Shown: positions 28,101 to 41,713 of the stretch, piece after piece
Layout of the letters: each line of letters starts with the position of its first letter
Numbering within the stretch: position 1 is the first letter of the stretch
NCBI RefSeq assembly: GCF_003918875.1
Contig: NW_025767188.1
Location: 62,001-126,000, forward strand
Origin: Haliotis rubra
Taxonomy: Eukaryota
DNA: 64,000 nucleotides
Direction: 5' to 3'
Program-made: the position numbers and the translations under genes
The notes under the pieces: generated by a model
The model's database searches: none
Told to the model about the DNA's origin: nothing
The model's input: only the letters and a program-made list of their open reading frames with translations

Positions 28101-29228
28101 GTGTTGTCACAGGGGCTGTGTCTATTCCAGTTATAACGCTACACACCTGTCCTACTGTGTACAGGTAACACTAAAATGGTTCATCTAACTGTTAGGTCAT
28201 CTCCAGGCACATTCTCAAATCCGGGCACCTAATATACTGCAATATTTAGACTGAGCATGGTGTATGAAGTGTCTACTTTCATTACTTCCTTGATCGGCCT
28301 CTTGACTTCAATACTGAGATCTGTCCCGATGTATGTGGATGTATGTATATAATGTGTGTTTGCTAAAGTTGTTACTGAATTGATCTCAGATAAATGCTAC
28401 AGCACAAAGTATGGTAAAATACTTCTACATGACCACAATATTTGACATCTAATGTAGCGGAATCCGAACTTAACGTCTCCTACTTTCGATATGGTAATGA
28501 GCGGGTGTCGCCATGTAACTCTGTCAGGTGAATGACATGCTGCACACGGTACATAGCTGCATGTTGTAAAGCTGGTGACGACGAGTTGCAAAGATCCATT
28601 GACGAGCTGCTGACAGACAGGCCACTGATTCATGGTGCTCCGTGACACCAAAACATACCCAGTCTGTTATACTATACAATGTCATGTGGTAACGCTTGTC
28701 AACTTCAAAAGATAACATATTCCTATAGCACAATAGCACAACTCATACAACAGCACAGGGGACTGACCGCCTGACTTTCATGGCAGTGTTTCGTGAACTA
28801 AAAACCTGAACTAAATTATGAATTAATTCCGTAAAAGAATCAGCTTTAAAAGCAACAAAAACAACAACATAGAAATGTGCTGTAATTGAGAGTTGTATTC
28901 TAAAATTAACAAAGTTCCGAAATCAGTACAAAGGCACCACAACTGCCCATAAACATTCGTATTGTAGCTCAACGGTTCCAGTATGTCAGGCAAAAGAGAG
29001 AATTTTGTGTTTGTGTAAACCGTGAAATATCTGAGGGAATGTATGTTCTGTGTTTTACTTATGAAAAAGTATCCAGTATCAATATCCGGCCAAAGAAAGA
29101 ATCATCAAGACGGACAGAATCAAATAAACAGGCGGTTACTTCCTTTCATCCAGTCTCAGGTTTCTAACAATTCTCAAATACAGGATTGGTTGTGTATAAC
29201 GTGAAATATGTGATGACATGGCTGTTCT

Positions 29229-29672
29229 ATGTTTTATTTATGACCAGCAAGACAGAGCGACCCACACACGCACACATCATACACACACAATACAGACGGC
29301 CCATGTTTTATTTATGACGAGCAAGACAGAACGACCCACACACACACACATCATACTCACACAATACAGACGACCCATGTTTTATTTATGACCAGCAAGA
29401 CAGAGCGACCCACACACGCACACATCATACACACTCAATGCAGACGACCCATGTTTTATTTATGACGAGCAAGACAGAACGACCCCCACACACACACATC
29501 ATACTCACACAATACAGACGACCCATGTTTTATTTATGACCAGGAAGACAGAGCGACCCACACACGCACACATCATACACACTCAATGCAGACGACCCAT
29601 GTTTTATTTATGACGAGCAAGACAGAACGACCCACACACGCACACATCATACTCACACAATACAGACGGCCC
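29229..29672. repeat. 74-bp minisatellite, 6 copies (single copy in units 2 and 3)
   Basis: Units start at 29229, 29303, 29377, 29451, 29525 and 29599. Confidence 0.9.
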
Positions 29673-29894
29673 AGTTACAACCCGTCTACCAATGTTATCT
29701 CTCATTGATTATAGGATCTACATACATCTGGAATATGTTTTCATTCGTTCATAATTCCAAGAGCAGGATTTACTAGACATAGTTCTGTCAGTTAATCGGG
29801 ACTACAAATATGGTCGGTGTTTGTGTAATGAATGTTGTGGTTTGTATAGTGGAAAGGATGTTTATGTCGTGTCTCCTGACTTTTGGTAGGAGAG

Positions 29895-32610
29895 ATGGCG
29901 ACCTCCCAGAAGTTGACAGAACACTTCCTGACATGCACCATATGTACAGAGGTGTTTGACAAGCCCTGTACACTTGTGTGTAATCACACCTTCTGTCGGA
30001 AATGTGTCGTCAACTACACCAAAACCAGACCAGAAGCCCTCAGTGCCAAGTCTCTCCTGTGTCCATTCTGCAGGAAGATGACGAAAGTGTCTGACCCCGA
30101 GAGACCAGTGGAGGAGTGGGCGGATGACGTCAAGCCTATCTTTGTCATCCAGGGACTGTTGGACTCGTTTGGCCCCGGATCTAAAGGTGAATAGTTGTAG
30201 GTTGTAGCAATATACGTGTTGTTTACAAGCAGGTAACAGTATAATTGATTTAAGCAAAATAAATGTTTGTGATGTTATGAACATTGTATGACCCCTGCTA
30301 TGTATATACTACTATAGTTTGATGTATGTAAAAATCTGATTGTGAGGAATGTGAACTTTCATTGTGGATATGTGTTCAACGAGCAAGACACAGCATATCA
30401 GGTGACATGACCAAAGACATATATAAACCTTATTCATGATCCGTACTACAACGTTTACGGTGAGATAATTCCAAACATATTTACATGACGTTTCAACCTG
30501 AGACATGTTGATATGTTTCCGATACATTTTCTCACATGTGTCAAGTAGGAACATGATGCGACACATCCAGCCCTATAATACATTGCGATGTTACCAGGTT
30601 AATATCACCACATCTAGCCCTGTAATACATTGTGATGTCACCATGTTAATATCACCACATCTAGCCCTGTAATACATTGTAATGTCACCAGGTTAATATC
30701 ACCACATTTAGCCCTATAATAAATTGTGATGTCACCAGGTTAATATCACCACATCTAGCCCTATAATACATTGTGATGTCACCAGGTTAATATCACCACA
30801 TCTATCCCTGTAATTCATTGTGATGTCACCATGTTAATATCACCACATCTAGCCCTATAATACATTGTGATGTCACCATGTTAATATCACCACATCTAGC
30901 CCTATAATACATTGTGATGTCACCAGGTTAATGTCACCACACGAATGAATGGTTATTTCAGATACAACTAACTGCAGTTATTGTAAGGAGGAAGGGGAGA
31001 CAACTCCAGCTACATCTTGGTGTTCTGTTTGTGACGACGCACTATGTGAACAATGTACAAGGATGCACCAACGAACCCCCTCTTTCCGTCACCATGACGT
31101 AGTTGACCTGTCTGGTGAGACAAAGGTCAAGGTCAAGAGAAAGGTCATGTGTAAAGTTCACAAGAATAAAAGGATCAAATATCTTTGTAAAGATTGTAAA
31201 ACAGCTGTTTGTCAAACATGCTGCACGATCCATCACAGGAAATGTGATATGGTTGTTGAAATTGAGTCAGAGATTCCTGCAATGAAAACCGAGCTGAAAA
31301 GGAATAAAGAGAATTTGTTAAAGAAAGACAATGAGATGAAAAGATATGTTGGAAAACAAAACTCCCTTGTCAAAGAAGAATTGGCGCTATATATACAAAT
31401 AGAATCAAATATCAAGTCTGCAAGTCTCACTGCAATACAGATGATCAAAGCCAAGGAACGGAAACTTCTGTCTGAACTGAAAGAGATGTCTGACAGACAC
31501 ATTGGACAACTGAAGGCAGACGTAAAGTCAGGTGAGATGTCAGTACAGATGTACCAACAACAGGCTGAGCTGATAGACCAGGCTCTACAATCTGAGTGTG
31601 ACATGGATGTGTATGAGATGTATCAGGGATGTGAGGCCGGTGATGTGGAGGCTGTCGGAGTCGAAGACATGAAGGAGAAGGGAAGAATAGACAGGATAAC
31701 ATTCAGACAGGACACGGACAAGCTGAGTAGAGCACTGGAAGATCTCCATCTGGGTGAGATACACGTCCAGTATGACGATGTGCTGGACCTGAAGGCTACC
31801 CCTGTGTTACAGGACACCATTAACGTGACAGTAGCAGGAGATGCAGGTGGGGGAGACCCCACTGATGTGACGGTGTTAGAGGTGAATGGTACAGACACAG
31901 TGGTAGTTACAGACTACAAGAACAACAGTGTAAAGTCCTTCTACACCAGGAACAGTCAGCCAGGTCACAGCAGGCTCAGTGTGGGAGGTGCACCACGGGG
32001 TATAACAAGGCTGAAACACAACCAGGCAGCTGTCACTGTGCCGGATACCAGTCAGATTGTAACAGTTGAAGTGAACCCTGACCTGGTGCTGCTGTCGACC
32101 ATCACAACCAGCAAACAGTACCGGGGTATAACGTCTCTGACACCATCAACACTAGCAGCAAGTTCCCACTTCCCTCCCTGTGTTGATATCCTGGATATGT
32201 CGGGACACGTGCTGAAGTCAGTTTATCCTCGCCCCAATGGCGGAGACATCTTACAGTATCCCGACTCCCTCTGTACCACGAGGACAGGAAACATCCTGGT
32301 GTCTGACTTGGGAACCAGGTGTGTCGTGTGTCTGACCCCCGAGGGAGATGTGGTGTTCAACTACAGACCTACAGGAGACACAACATGGAAGTATTCACTT
32401 GGTATCACAAGTACCAGCACAGGCGACATCCTGGTGACAGACGAACCACAACACAGAGTCATCCATCTGACAGAGTCAGGACAGTTTGTTAGAAACATAC
32501 TGACATCACAGGGTGGTGTCAAGAAACCAAGGGGACTGTGTTTTGGTGGGCGTGGTCGTATGTACTTGTGTACACCAGATGTAGTGAAGGTATTTACATG
32601 CTGTAAGTGA
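29895..32610 (+). CDS. TRIM E3 ubiquitin ligase (RING-B1-B2-coiled coil-NHL/beta-propeller; TRIM56/TRIM2/3-like), copy 1, 646 aa; exons 29895-30186 and 30962-32610
   Basis: C3HC4 RING CTIC...CNHTFCRKC...CPFC; B-box 1 CSYC...CSVC...CEQC..H; B-box 2 CKVH...CKDC...CQTC..HH; coiled coil; NHL-like repeats (PRGI, GNILVSD, GDILVTD). Phase-1 GT-AG intron; 1941 nt. Confidence 0.92.
30563..30940. repeat. 47-bp intronic minisatellite, about 8 copies, just upstream of the TRIM exon-2 acceptor (paralogue 44365-44746)
   Basis: Unit ACATCTAGCCCTATAATACATTGTGATGTCACCAGGTTAATATCACC. Confidence 0.9.
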
Positions 32611-34986
32611 GTGAACATGTCAGAACCCTTTTTTTGTATTACATATAGATATATATGTTACCTGGATAGATATGATGTGATGCACTGTAGGAACATTTGA
32701 CTTTTGATGTGAACGTGACGAATCATACTTGTAGAAAGACACAACTTGTAATGTAATGAGGGTTGGCGGGGTAGCCTAGTGGTTAAAGCGTTCGCTCGTC
32801 ACGCCGAAGACCTGGGTTTGATTCCTTACATGGGTACAATGTGTGAAGCCCATTCCTGGTGTCCCAAACCGTGATATTGCTCGAATATGGCTAAAAAGCT
32901 AAAACCATACTCTCTCACCTACTGGAATGTAATGTAATGTAATGTAATGTAAGAAGCCATTACTTCTACTTTATATTCAGATATATTGTCTCAATAACAC
33001 TATGTGGTCCAAAATCATCTAGAATATTGATATTTTGAGATGTAATGATTTTGAATCACTTTTTCTTTAAGTGACTTTGATGAACAATTGTTTTACAAAC
33101 TTTACTGAATGGGTTGTAGGTCTTATGGCATGTTTAACAGCGGTTTTCACTCTCTTCTCGACATGTTGTGTGAAAGGCATAGCAGGGCAATCGTCTTTGC
33201 TCACATTTTAGCAACTCTGTATACGTTATTCTGATCACATTTATGCTGTTCATGTTAACTCAGTGCTGGATACGGGGTCGTGTTTGATTATTACAAAAAC
33301 AGACAAACTAGTTGGAGCATGAAATCAGTTTAGAGCAGCCATGTGGCCACTGCACACTACCACTGCACACTACCACTGCACACATACACATGAAATGTCT
33401 TGCCAACTTGTGACGTGTTGTGATGTACAAACCGACAGCTCTGTCTGTTGAACAGCGGGTACGTTGGATTGACATGACAACTGAGCGGTCAAAGGGAGAT
33501 AAGTCGTTATGAGAAGTATATAAGGAGCCATAAAAGGTAGCGAGCGAATGAATAGTTTATCAGTGAGTTAGTTGCGGTTTTACGCTGCTTTTCACATTAT
33601 TCCACACATTGTTATTTGTTGGGAATCGAACCCGGGTCTTCGTCGTGACGAACGAACACTTTAACCACTGGGCTACCCCAGCCCCTATTTTATCACAATT
33701 TGTGTTTAGTGTGCGTGTTGTAAATTGATACATGCAGTGTTTATACCGACGTGTACAGTTATATACTCTCTGCTTCATATCAATCATTCACTTGATGGAG
33801 GAGTAGGAAACGTTATGTTCCTCATAACAAAGAAGTTGATATCGATAAAACTCTCTTCCTGATGTGTATCCCTTCTAAATGCCATCAAAGACCTGATGTG
33901 TTATATGTACGTAGTGATGTCTGGCTCAGTATAGAACATTGCCATTTCCTTTGCTAATATGTTATACTACCCTTGCAATTGTTCTGCCTTTGAAATTTCC
34001 AATTATGATGTGTCTTGATTTGCAAACTTGGTTACTTTTATAATACACCTGTTAATTTGTTGAATGTATTACAGTTGTTTGTTGTTTCACACTATTTTGT
34101 TTTGAGAGAGAGAGAGGGAGGGAGAGAGAGAGACAGAGAGAGAGACAGAGAGAGAGACAGAGAGAGTGACAGAGAGAGAGANNNNNNNNNNNNNNNNNNN
34201 NNNNNNNNNNNNNNNNNNNNNNNNNNNNNNNNNNNNNNNNNNNNNNNNNNNNNNNNNNNNNNNNNNNNNNNNNNNNNNNNNNNNNNNNNNNNNNNNNNNN
34301 NNNNNNNNNNNNNNNNNNNNNNNNNNNNNNNNNNNNNNNNNNNNNNNCTCCAGGGTCCCGTACTACAAAACAACCGTAGCTCTAAGGTTACCTTATCTCC
34401 TCAAGTTTTAACCTTAGGCCTTTGCTAAGGTTGACGTCCCGTTGTACGAATCTACCTTACGCTAAGGTAGCCTTAGTTAAGGTGAAATTTTAAGGTTGGT
34501 CCGACCCAACCTTAGTGTGGCTAAGGCTGACAGAAGACCTTTACCCAAAACACCCTCTGTTTACTCTGCGGCGTAAAACGCTATTCACACAACCACCCAC
34601 TCGCCCACTGAGAAACTGGATACTGCAACCGCAACTCGTCAATGGTCGAGTTTATACCTTTCAAACTTCAAACACATGTCATCGTATCCCAGTTGTGTAG
34701 ATCGATGCTCATGCAGTTGAGCACTGGATTGCCTGGTCCAGACTCGATTATTTACAAACCACCGCCATATAGTTGGAATATTGCTGAGTGCAGCGTTAAA
34801 CAACAACAACTATTAAGCTTGGCTGAATCTTTTTGGTCTGCAATAGACAGAGGTATCCTGTTAAATAGGTGCGATTCCTCACATGGGTACTAATTTCTGG
34901 TGATATTTCTGGAATATTGCTAAATGCGGCGTAAAATGAAACTCACTCACTCCTTTTTAACAGTCAGTTGTTGTGTGGTATGTGTA

Positions 34987-35500
34987 TAGCTTTAATCTGC
35001 ACACACACTATTGGCATATATAGACCCAACACAGAAATCTCAATATTAGGTACCCGTAATGGTGGCCAGATCTAGCTTTAATCTGCACACACACTATTGG
35101 TATATAAAGACCCAACACAGAAATCGCAATATTAGATACCCGTAATGGTGGCCAGATATAGCTTTAATCTGCACACACACTATTGGCATATATAGACCCA
35201 ACACAGAAATCTCAATATTAGATACCCGTAATGGTGGCCAGATATAGCTTTAATCTGCACACACACTATTGGCATATATAGACCCAACACAGAAATCTCA
35301 ATATTAGGTACCCGTAATGGTGGCCAGATCTAGCTTTAATCTGCACACACACTATTGGTATATAAAGACCCAACACAGAAATCTCAATATTAGGTACCCG
35401 TAATGGTGGCCAGATCTAGCTTTAATCTGCACACACACTTTTGGCATATAGACCCAACACAGAAATCGCAATATTAGATACCCGTACTGGTGGCCAGATC
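34987..35500. repeat. 84-86-bp minisatellite, 6 copies (paralogue 48367-48790, 5 copies)
   Basis: Unit TAGCTTTAATCTGCACACACACTATTGGCATA...GGTGGCCAGAT. Confidence 0.9.
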
Positions 35501-36108
35501 TGTTGCATGATTAATGATGCACTGCTGGGTTTGGGAACATATGTTCTTATGCATTTTCAAAGCGATATTGGACCAAGTCGAGTGTCCCTCAGTGACATTG
35601 GTTCAATACAAGTCACACAACGACGCTACAGATGGGTACTTTAGCAAGTTGAATAACACAAGGGGCTCTTTGAGTGACTATTCCTACACCTACTATAAGA
35701 GTAGCAACATGTTAACACATTTTCATTGTCCATATCACTGCCCATATTAAGTGGTATACTAGTGTACACGTGTAACGTCATAATTTATCACGTTGTGACA
35801 CCCATGGAGATTGTTTAGGTAAACATTCCGTGACAAAAATAGATACAGAGAGTGAAAGTGAGAGTGAGAGTAAGAGTATATGTCGTATAATGGCCTCATG
35901 GCCCAGGGTACAAAATATACATGATTGTTTGTTTGTGCGCATACAATACATAAACATAAATATAATGCATCACTGTATAGCAATCAAACAGGTAGGTTTC
36001 TCTTCAGGTAGACTGCTAGGCTTTTGATAACATTCATATTTTTTGTGCATAACAACTGGTTCAACTTAAATACAGATGGATTTATATGATAATAACCAGG
36101 AATATAGA

Positions 36109-36215
36109 AGGCCTCTTCTCCGTGTTTTCCAGAGACCCAGCTACAATTCTGATGATTTGACTCGACGCTATCGGTATGTTAATGAGTATTTATTACAGTT
36201 ACTTGTTTGCACAAC
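36109..36215 (+). pseudogene. Relic of ARF-A exon 1 (3' part plus donor)
   Basis: AGGCCTCTTCTCCGTGTTTTCCAGAGACCCAGCTACAATTCTGATGATTTGACTCGACGCTATCG|GTATGT aligns to 19923-19993; in-frame TGA replaces GGA. Confidence 0.85.
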
Positions 36216-36322
36216 TTCAAGCTTCAAATATTTCAAATCATAAAATATCTACTTATTTGTTGGTTCATTAACTTATCATAAATGAACATATTTTAATATT
36301 CATTTGCGATTACTCCCACTCG

Positions 36323-36480
36323 TAAAGGTGGATAGTCATATGAATAGCGCCTAGGTATTGAAAGGTGGATAGTCATATGAATAGCGCCTTGGTATCGGAA
36401 AGGTGAATGGTGATATGAAAAGCGCCTAGGTATAGGAAAGGTGAATGGTGATATGAATAGCGCCTAGGTATAGGAAAGGA
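36323..36480. repeat. 37-38-bp tandem repeat, about 4 copies
   Basis: Unit AAAGGTGGATAGTCATATGAATAGCGCCTAGGTAT. Confidence 0.8.
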
Positions 36481-39400
36481 AGCTCATTGGTGACCATCTC
36501 CATGAGAGCTCGGGAGCATTTGTGTACAAATGTATCCATGGTGTAACTCCACGTCGAGCCCTATATATAGATTACAAATAACTTTCGTTGTTAGACTGTG
36601 TTCAGAATGGTGTCAAGACAGCTGATGCATGGCAGTTGCTAGCCTTGTAGCCTTGTGGAAGAACAGCATCCTGAAATCAGACGGAAGAGTCTTCTGTGTT
36701 GATCCAGAGCCACCAGGACAAAGACTGCAACCATTATTTAACTCATCCTATGGTCCTGTACAGGCGATCGTTTCCACGACAGAAGTGATTGACTTGCTCT
36801 GCGAGGGTTACATTGCTAACACCGTTTCAATGTAACTTTTCTCTTATTTCGTATGTATCTCGAGCTCTTAGCATTTACTAGTGGTAGTGTAGCCTCACGA
36901 CTAGTGGTAGTGTAGTCTCACGACTAGTGGTAGTGTAGCCTCGGGACAAGTGGTAGTGTAGCCTCACGACTAGTGGTAGTGTACCCTCACGGCTAGTGGT
37001 ATTGTAGTTTCACGGCTAGTGGTATTGTAGCCTCATGACTAGTGGTAGTGTAGCCTCACGGCTAGTGGTAGTGTAGCCTCACGACTAGTGGTAGTGTAGC
37101 CTCACGACTAGTGGTAGTGTAGCCTCACGACTAGTGATAGTGTAGCGTCACAGCCAGTGGTATTGTAGCCTCACGACTAGTGGTAGTGTAGTCTCAGGAC
37201 TAGTGGTAGTGTAGTATTACGACTAGTGGTAGTGTAGCGTCACGACTAAATGGTAGTGTAGCCTCAAGGCTAGTGGTAGTGTAGCCTTACGACTAGTGGT
37301 AGTGTAGCCTCACGACTAGTGGTAGTGTTACCTCACGACTAGTGGTAGTGTAGCCTTATGACTAGTGGTAGTGTAGCCTCGCGACTAGTGGTAGTATAGC
37401 CTCACGACTGGTGGTAGTGTAGTGGTTGTGTAATCACACGACTAGTGGTAGTGTAGCCTCGAGAATAGTGGTAGTTTAGCGCCACGACTAGTGGTAGTGT
37501 AGCCTCACAACTAGTGGTAGTGTAGTCACGCGGCTAGTGGTAGTGTAGTGGTTGTGTAGTCACACGACTAGTGGTAGTGTAGCCTCACGACTAGTGGTAG
37601 TGAACCTTCACGACTAGTGGTAGTGTAGTCACTCGACTAGTGGTAGTGTAGCCTCATGGCCAGTGGAAGTGGTGCCTCACGACTAGTGGTAGTGTAGCCC
37701 CAAGACTAGTGGTAGTGTAGCCTCAAGGCTAGTGGTAGTGTAGCCTTACGACTAGTGGTAGAGTAGTATTACGACTAGTGGTAGAGTAGCCGCACGACTA
37801 AATGGTAGTTTAGCCTCAAGGCTAGTGGTAGTGTAGCCTTACGACTAGTGGTAGTGTAGCCTCACGACTAGTGGTAGTGTTACCTCACGACTAGTGGTAG
37901 TGTAGCCTTATGACTAGTGGTAGTGTAGCCCCAAGACTAGTGGTAGTGTAGCCTCACGGCTAGTGGTAGTGTAGCCTTACGACTAGTGGTAGTGTAGTAT
38001 TACGACTAGTGGTAAAGTAGCCGCACGACTAAATGGTAGTTTAGCCTCACGGCTAGTGGTAATGTAGCCTCACGACTAGTGGTAGTGTAGCCTCACGACT
38101 AGTGGTAGTGAAGCCTCGCGACTAGTGGTAGTGTATCCTCACGACTAGTGGTATTGTACTCACGCGACTAGTGGTAGTGTAGCCTCACGACTAGTGTTAG
38201 TGTAGCCTTACGACTAGTGGTAGTGTAACCTCACGACTAGTGGTAGTGTAGCCTCACGACTAGTGGTAGTATAGTAACGCGACTAGTGGTAGTGTTGCCT
38301 CACGACTAGTGGTAGTGAAGCCTCACGACTAGTGGTAGTGTAGCTTCACGACTAGTGGTAGTGTAGTCACGCGACTAGTGGTAGTGTAGCCTCACAGCTA
38401 GTGGAAGTGCAGCCTCACGACTAGTGGTAGTGTAGCCCCACGACTAGTGGTAGTGTAGCCTCACGACTAGTGGTAGTGTAGTCTCGCGACTAGTGGAATT
38501 GTAGTCACGCGGCTAGTGGTAGTGTAGCCTTACGACTAGTGGTAGTGTAGCCTCACGGCTAATGGTAGTGTAGCCTCACGACTAGTGGTAGTGTAGCCTC
38601 ACGATTAGTGGTATTGAAACCTCGCGACTAGTGGTAGTGTATCCTCTCGACTAGTGGTAGTTAAGCCTTACGACTAGTGGTAGTGTAGTCTAACGACTAG
38701 TGGTAGTGTAGCCTCACGACTAGTGGTAGTGTAGCCTCACGACTAGTGGTAGTGTAGTCTCACGACTAGTGGTAGTGCAGCCTTGCGGCTAGTGGTAGTG
38801 TAGTCTCACCATATATATGTATTTACTACATGTGTGCTTAATGATCCAGGAATTGTATCTACTTGTTTGAAACTTGTAATTATCAATAAATATTGCAACA
38901 GTTTAATTCAAGCGTATTTCTGAATTGTGCTGTTTACGCTTTGATGAGAAATGTAGACACATCTATTTGTGATCCACGAGTGATTGACTGAGTGAGTGAG
39001 TTTAGTTTTACGCCGCACCCTGCAATTTTCCAGCTATTTGGCGGCATTCTGCAAAATAATCGGATCTGGACCAGATAATCTGGGGATCAACAGCATGAAC
39101 ATCAATCTAATCAATTAGGATACGATGACATGTGTCAACCCAGTCAGCGTGCCTGACCACCCGATCCCGTTATAGTCGCCTGTTACGAAAAGCATAGGTT
39201 ACTGAAGATCAATTCTAACCCTGATGTTCACGGTGTCTCACGAACTGCCATGAATCACGGAAGGAGGTCACAGAGGACATATAATGAAAGTAAAACGCCA
39301 AGAAGGCATAGTGACGACGATCTATTGGCCGTGATAAAAAACATACTAGTATACGAACAAAGATGTATGCTTTTTGGTTTTGATACCTTTGTGTGATACA

Positions 39401-39912
39401 TTAACAGTAAATACATAAACAGTGACATGACACGCCATGGTGGGTTTGGGAGGACCTTGCAGATGCAGAACAGGTAGCCTACAGATGTAGAGCAGGTAGC
39501 CTACAGATGTAGAGCAGGTAGCCTACAGATGTAGAGCAGGTAGCCTACAGATGTAGAGCAGGTAGACCACAGATGTAGAGCAGGTAGACAACAGATGTAG
39601 AGCAGATAGACTACAGATGTAGAGGAGGCAGACTACAGATGTAGAGGAGGTAGACTACAGATGAAGAGCAGGTAGACTACAGATGTAGAGCAGGTAGACA
39701 ACAGATGTAGAGCAGATAGACTACATATGTTTCTGGGATATCTCCACATGGGAGAGATGTGTTTACGGTCAAATGACATGCGTCTTCTGCCTTGTGTTCA
39801 ACGCGATCAACACCTGTTACTGGATTGATTTGACAACTGTGCGGTGGAAGGGAGATAACTCGTGATGAGGTATTTTTATAGAGCAATAACAATAATAGTG
39901 ATAGCAATAATT

Positions 39913-41713
39913 TTGTTGTTATCGCAGTTTGCACAAGGTGAGGTGTGGTGAGGTGAGGTGAGGTGTGGTGTGGTGAGGTGAGGCGAGGCGAGGTGAGGTG
40001 AGGTGAGGTGAGTTTTACGTTGTGCTTGAGAATATTTCGCTCATATGACGACGTGCATGCATGAGTAAGTGTGTGTGTGGCTGCTTGTACTAGCCCAGAT
40101 TTAAGCCGGTTTTATAGTGCTAGCCCACTGAGATACCATGCCGCAGTGAAGCATGAATACCCGACTCAGACACATTATACTGACTCCGATCCGACTAGTC
40201 CTTGTACCCATTAATGTCGAGCGCCAGGCAGGGACCAACAAGTACCATATTTTAAGGTCTTTTGGCATGACGCGGTCAGGGATCGAGCCCGCGACCTTCC
40301 GCTCTCGGGGCGGACGCTCTAACCACCACATCACGGAGGCGGTCTCTAAACACAACGTAGTGATGGGTGCTACAGCACTCGTACATCGGGTAGCTTTGGA
40401 TTGGCCATCCGATGCTGCTCGTATGTTTCCGGGTGTGATCGAGGCACGTGATCAACTTACCCGCCAAATCTGACAGATGACAATTAGGAGATCAAGACGA
40501 GACACTGACGACTACGGACACGAATACTTCGCAGAACCCTATAAAGTTGATCTCCCCACTCATCATCACTTACGAAGCAAGGTAAGCGCCTTTCCCTATC
40601 ACCTGGCTTTCACAACAACAAATAATGGCAAAGTATCTCAATCGAAGGTTTTATAGTGTATCAAATATATCTTTCCATGCTTATCATTATGTCTATATGG
40701 ACAGTTTACACTGACTCGGTTTGGTTTTGGTCTATTGTATTCGTCCGTTTGAATCCAGGGACTTGTTCAGATGGGACTGATCACACTTTACGCATTACTA
40801 CTAGAACACACTGAAGAATTTTCTTTTTCACTAGCTGACAGTTAATGAGATAGAAAAAGATTTGTCAGTTCTATTTTTTTCATCTATATTTATTATATCT
40901 ATTATCAGCTGTTAAGGAGGTTACAGGTCTTTATCATTTTATGTATATTTTGCAGATTTATATGACTAAGTATCACGACAAATAACCGATGCTTTACACG
41001 TGTATGGAAATCGAAAATGTAATAAAACTGATGTTTGATGCACCATATCAGAGACGATACATCGACTTCTCCCAAAACATATACTAACGAATTTAGGGTA
41101 CTTCTGTACTGTATACAGTAGTGAGATCGAACTTATCGACTTCCGTAACGGTACGTATTTCATAGAAAAGATTATCACCATACTTAAACCTTTACGGACA
41201 AATTTAGCAGAAGACGCATTTTATGAAATAAAGCTGAAAGTTACTTAATAATCTTCATAAAATCATGAACCTCGAACGTAACTATTTCAGTGTTCCCATA
41301 CTGATGTATACCGGAATACAGGCTCAACACATTGATCATTGCCGTTATCATGACTGCAAATGTTACCGTGACCGAGGAAAAATTAATTCAGTATCTAATC
41401 AGTTTTCCATGAACATGTGATAGGCAAGTGGCTTGCATACCAGTGTGCAGTAGGTCTATTCAAAACATAGTCATAGTTGGGATCGTCCCACGGTTGTATG
41501 TTGTCAACTGGTGGAATCGTCGTTAATACTGTTAGTGTACTGAATATTTACAAATAGATGTAAATGTATGTTCTGTAAACATGCTGAACATTGTTATTAT
41601 ATTGTTATTATATTGTTTCAGGGTTTAGCGTGTACACTGAATTCTCAAGCCACTTGGAAGTAAACTTACAACCCTGCCTTCACTTTGCGTGTTGTCACTG
41701 TGACCCAGCCACA
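39913..41713 (+). mobile_element. Right part of a solo-LTR-like element (left part preserved at 54539-55915)
   Basis: Ends ...CCAGCCACA|TGTT; the unit-3 copy begins TGTT|TGTGGCAG. The empty site CCAGCCACA-TGTT-GATGAC is at about 27105-27123. This gives TG..CA ends, a TGTGGC/GCCACA inverted repeat and a 4-bp TSD. Confidence 0.65.
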
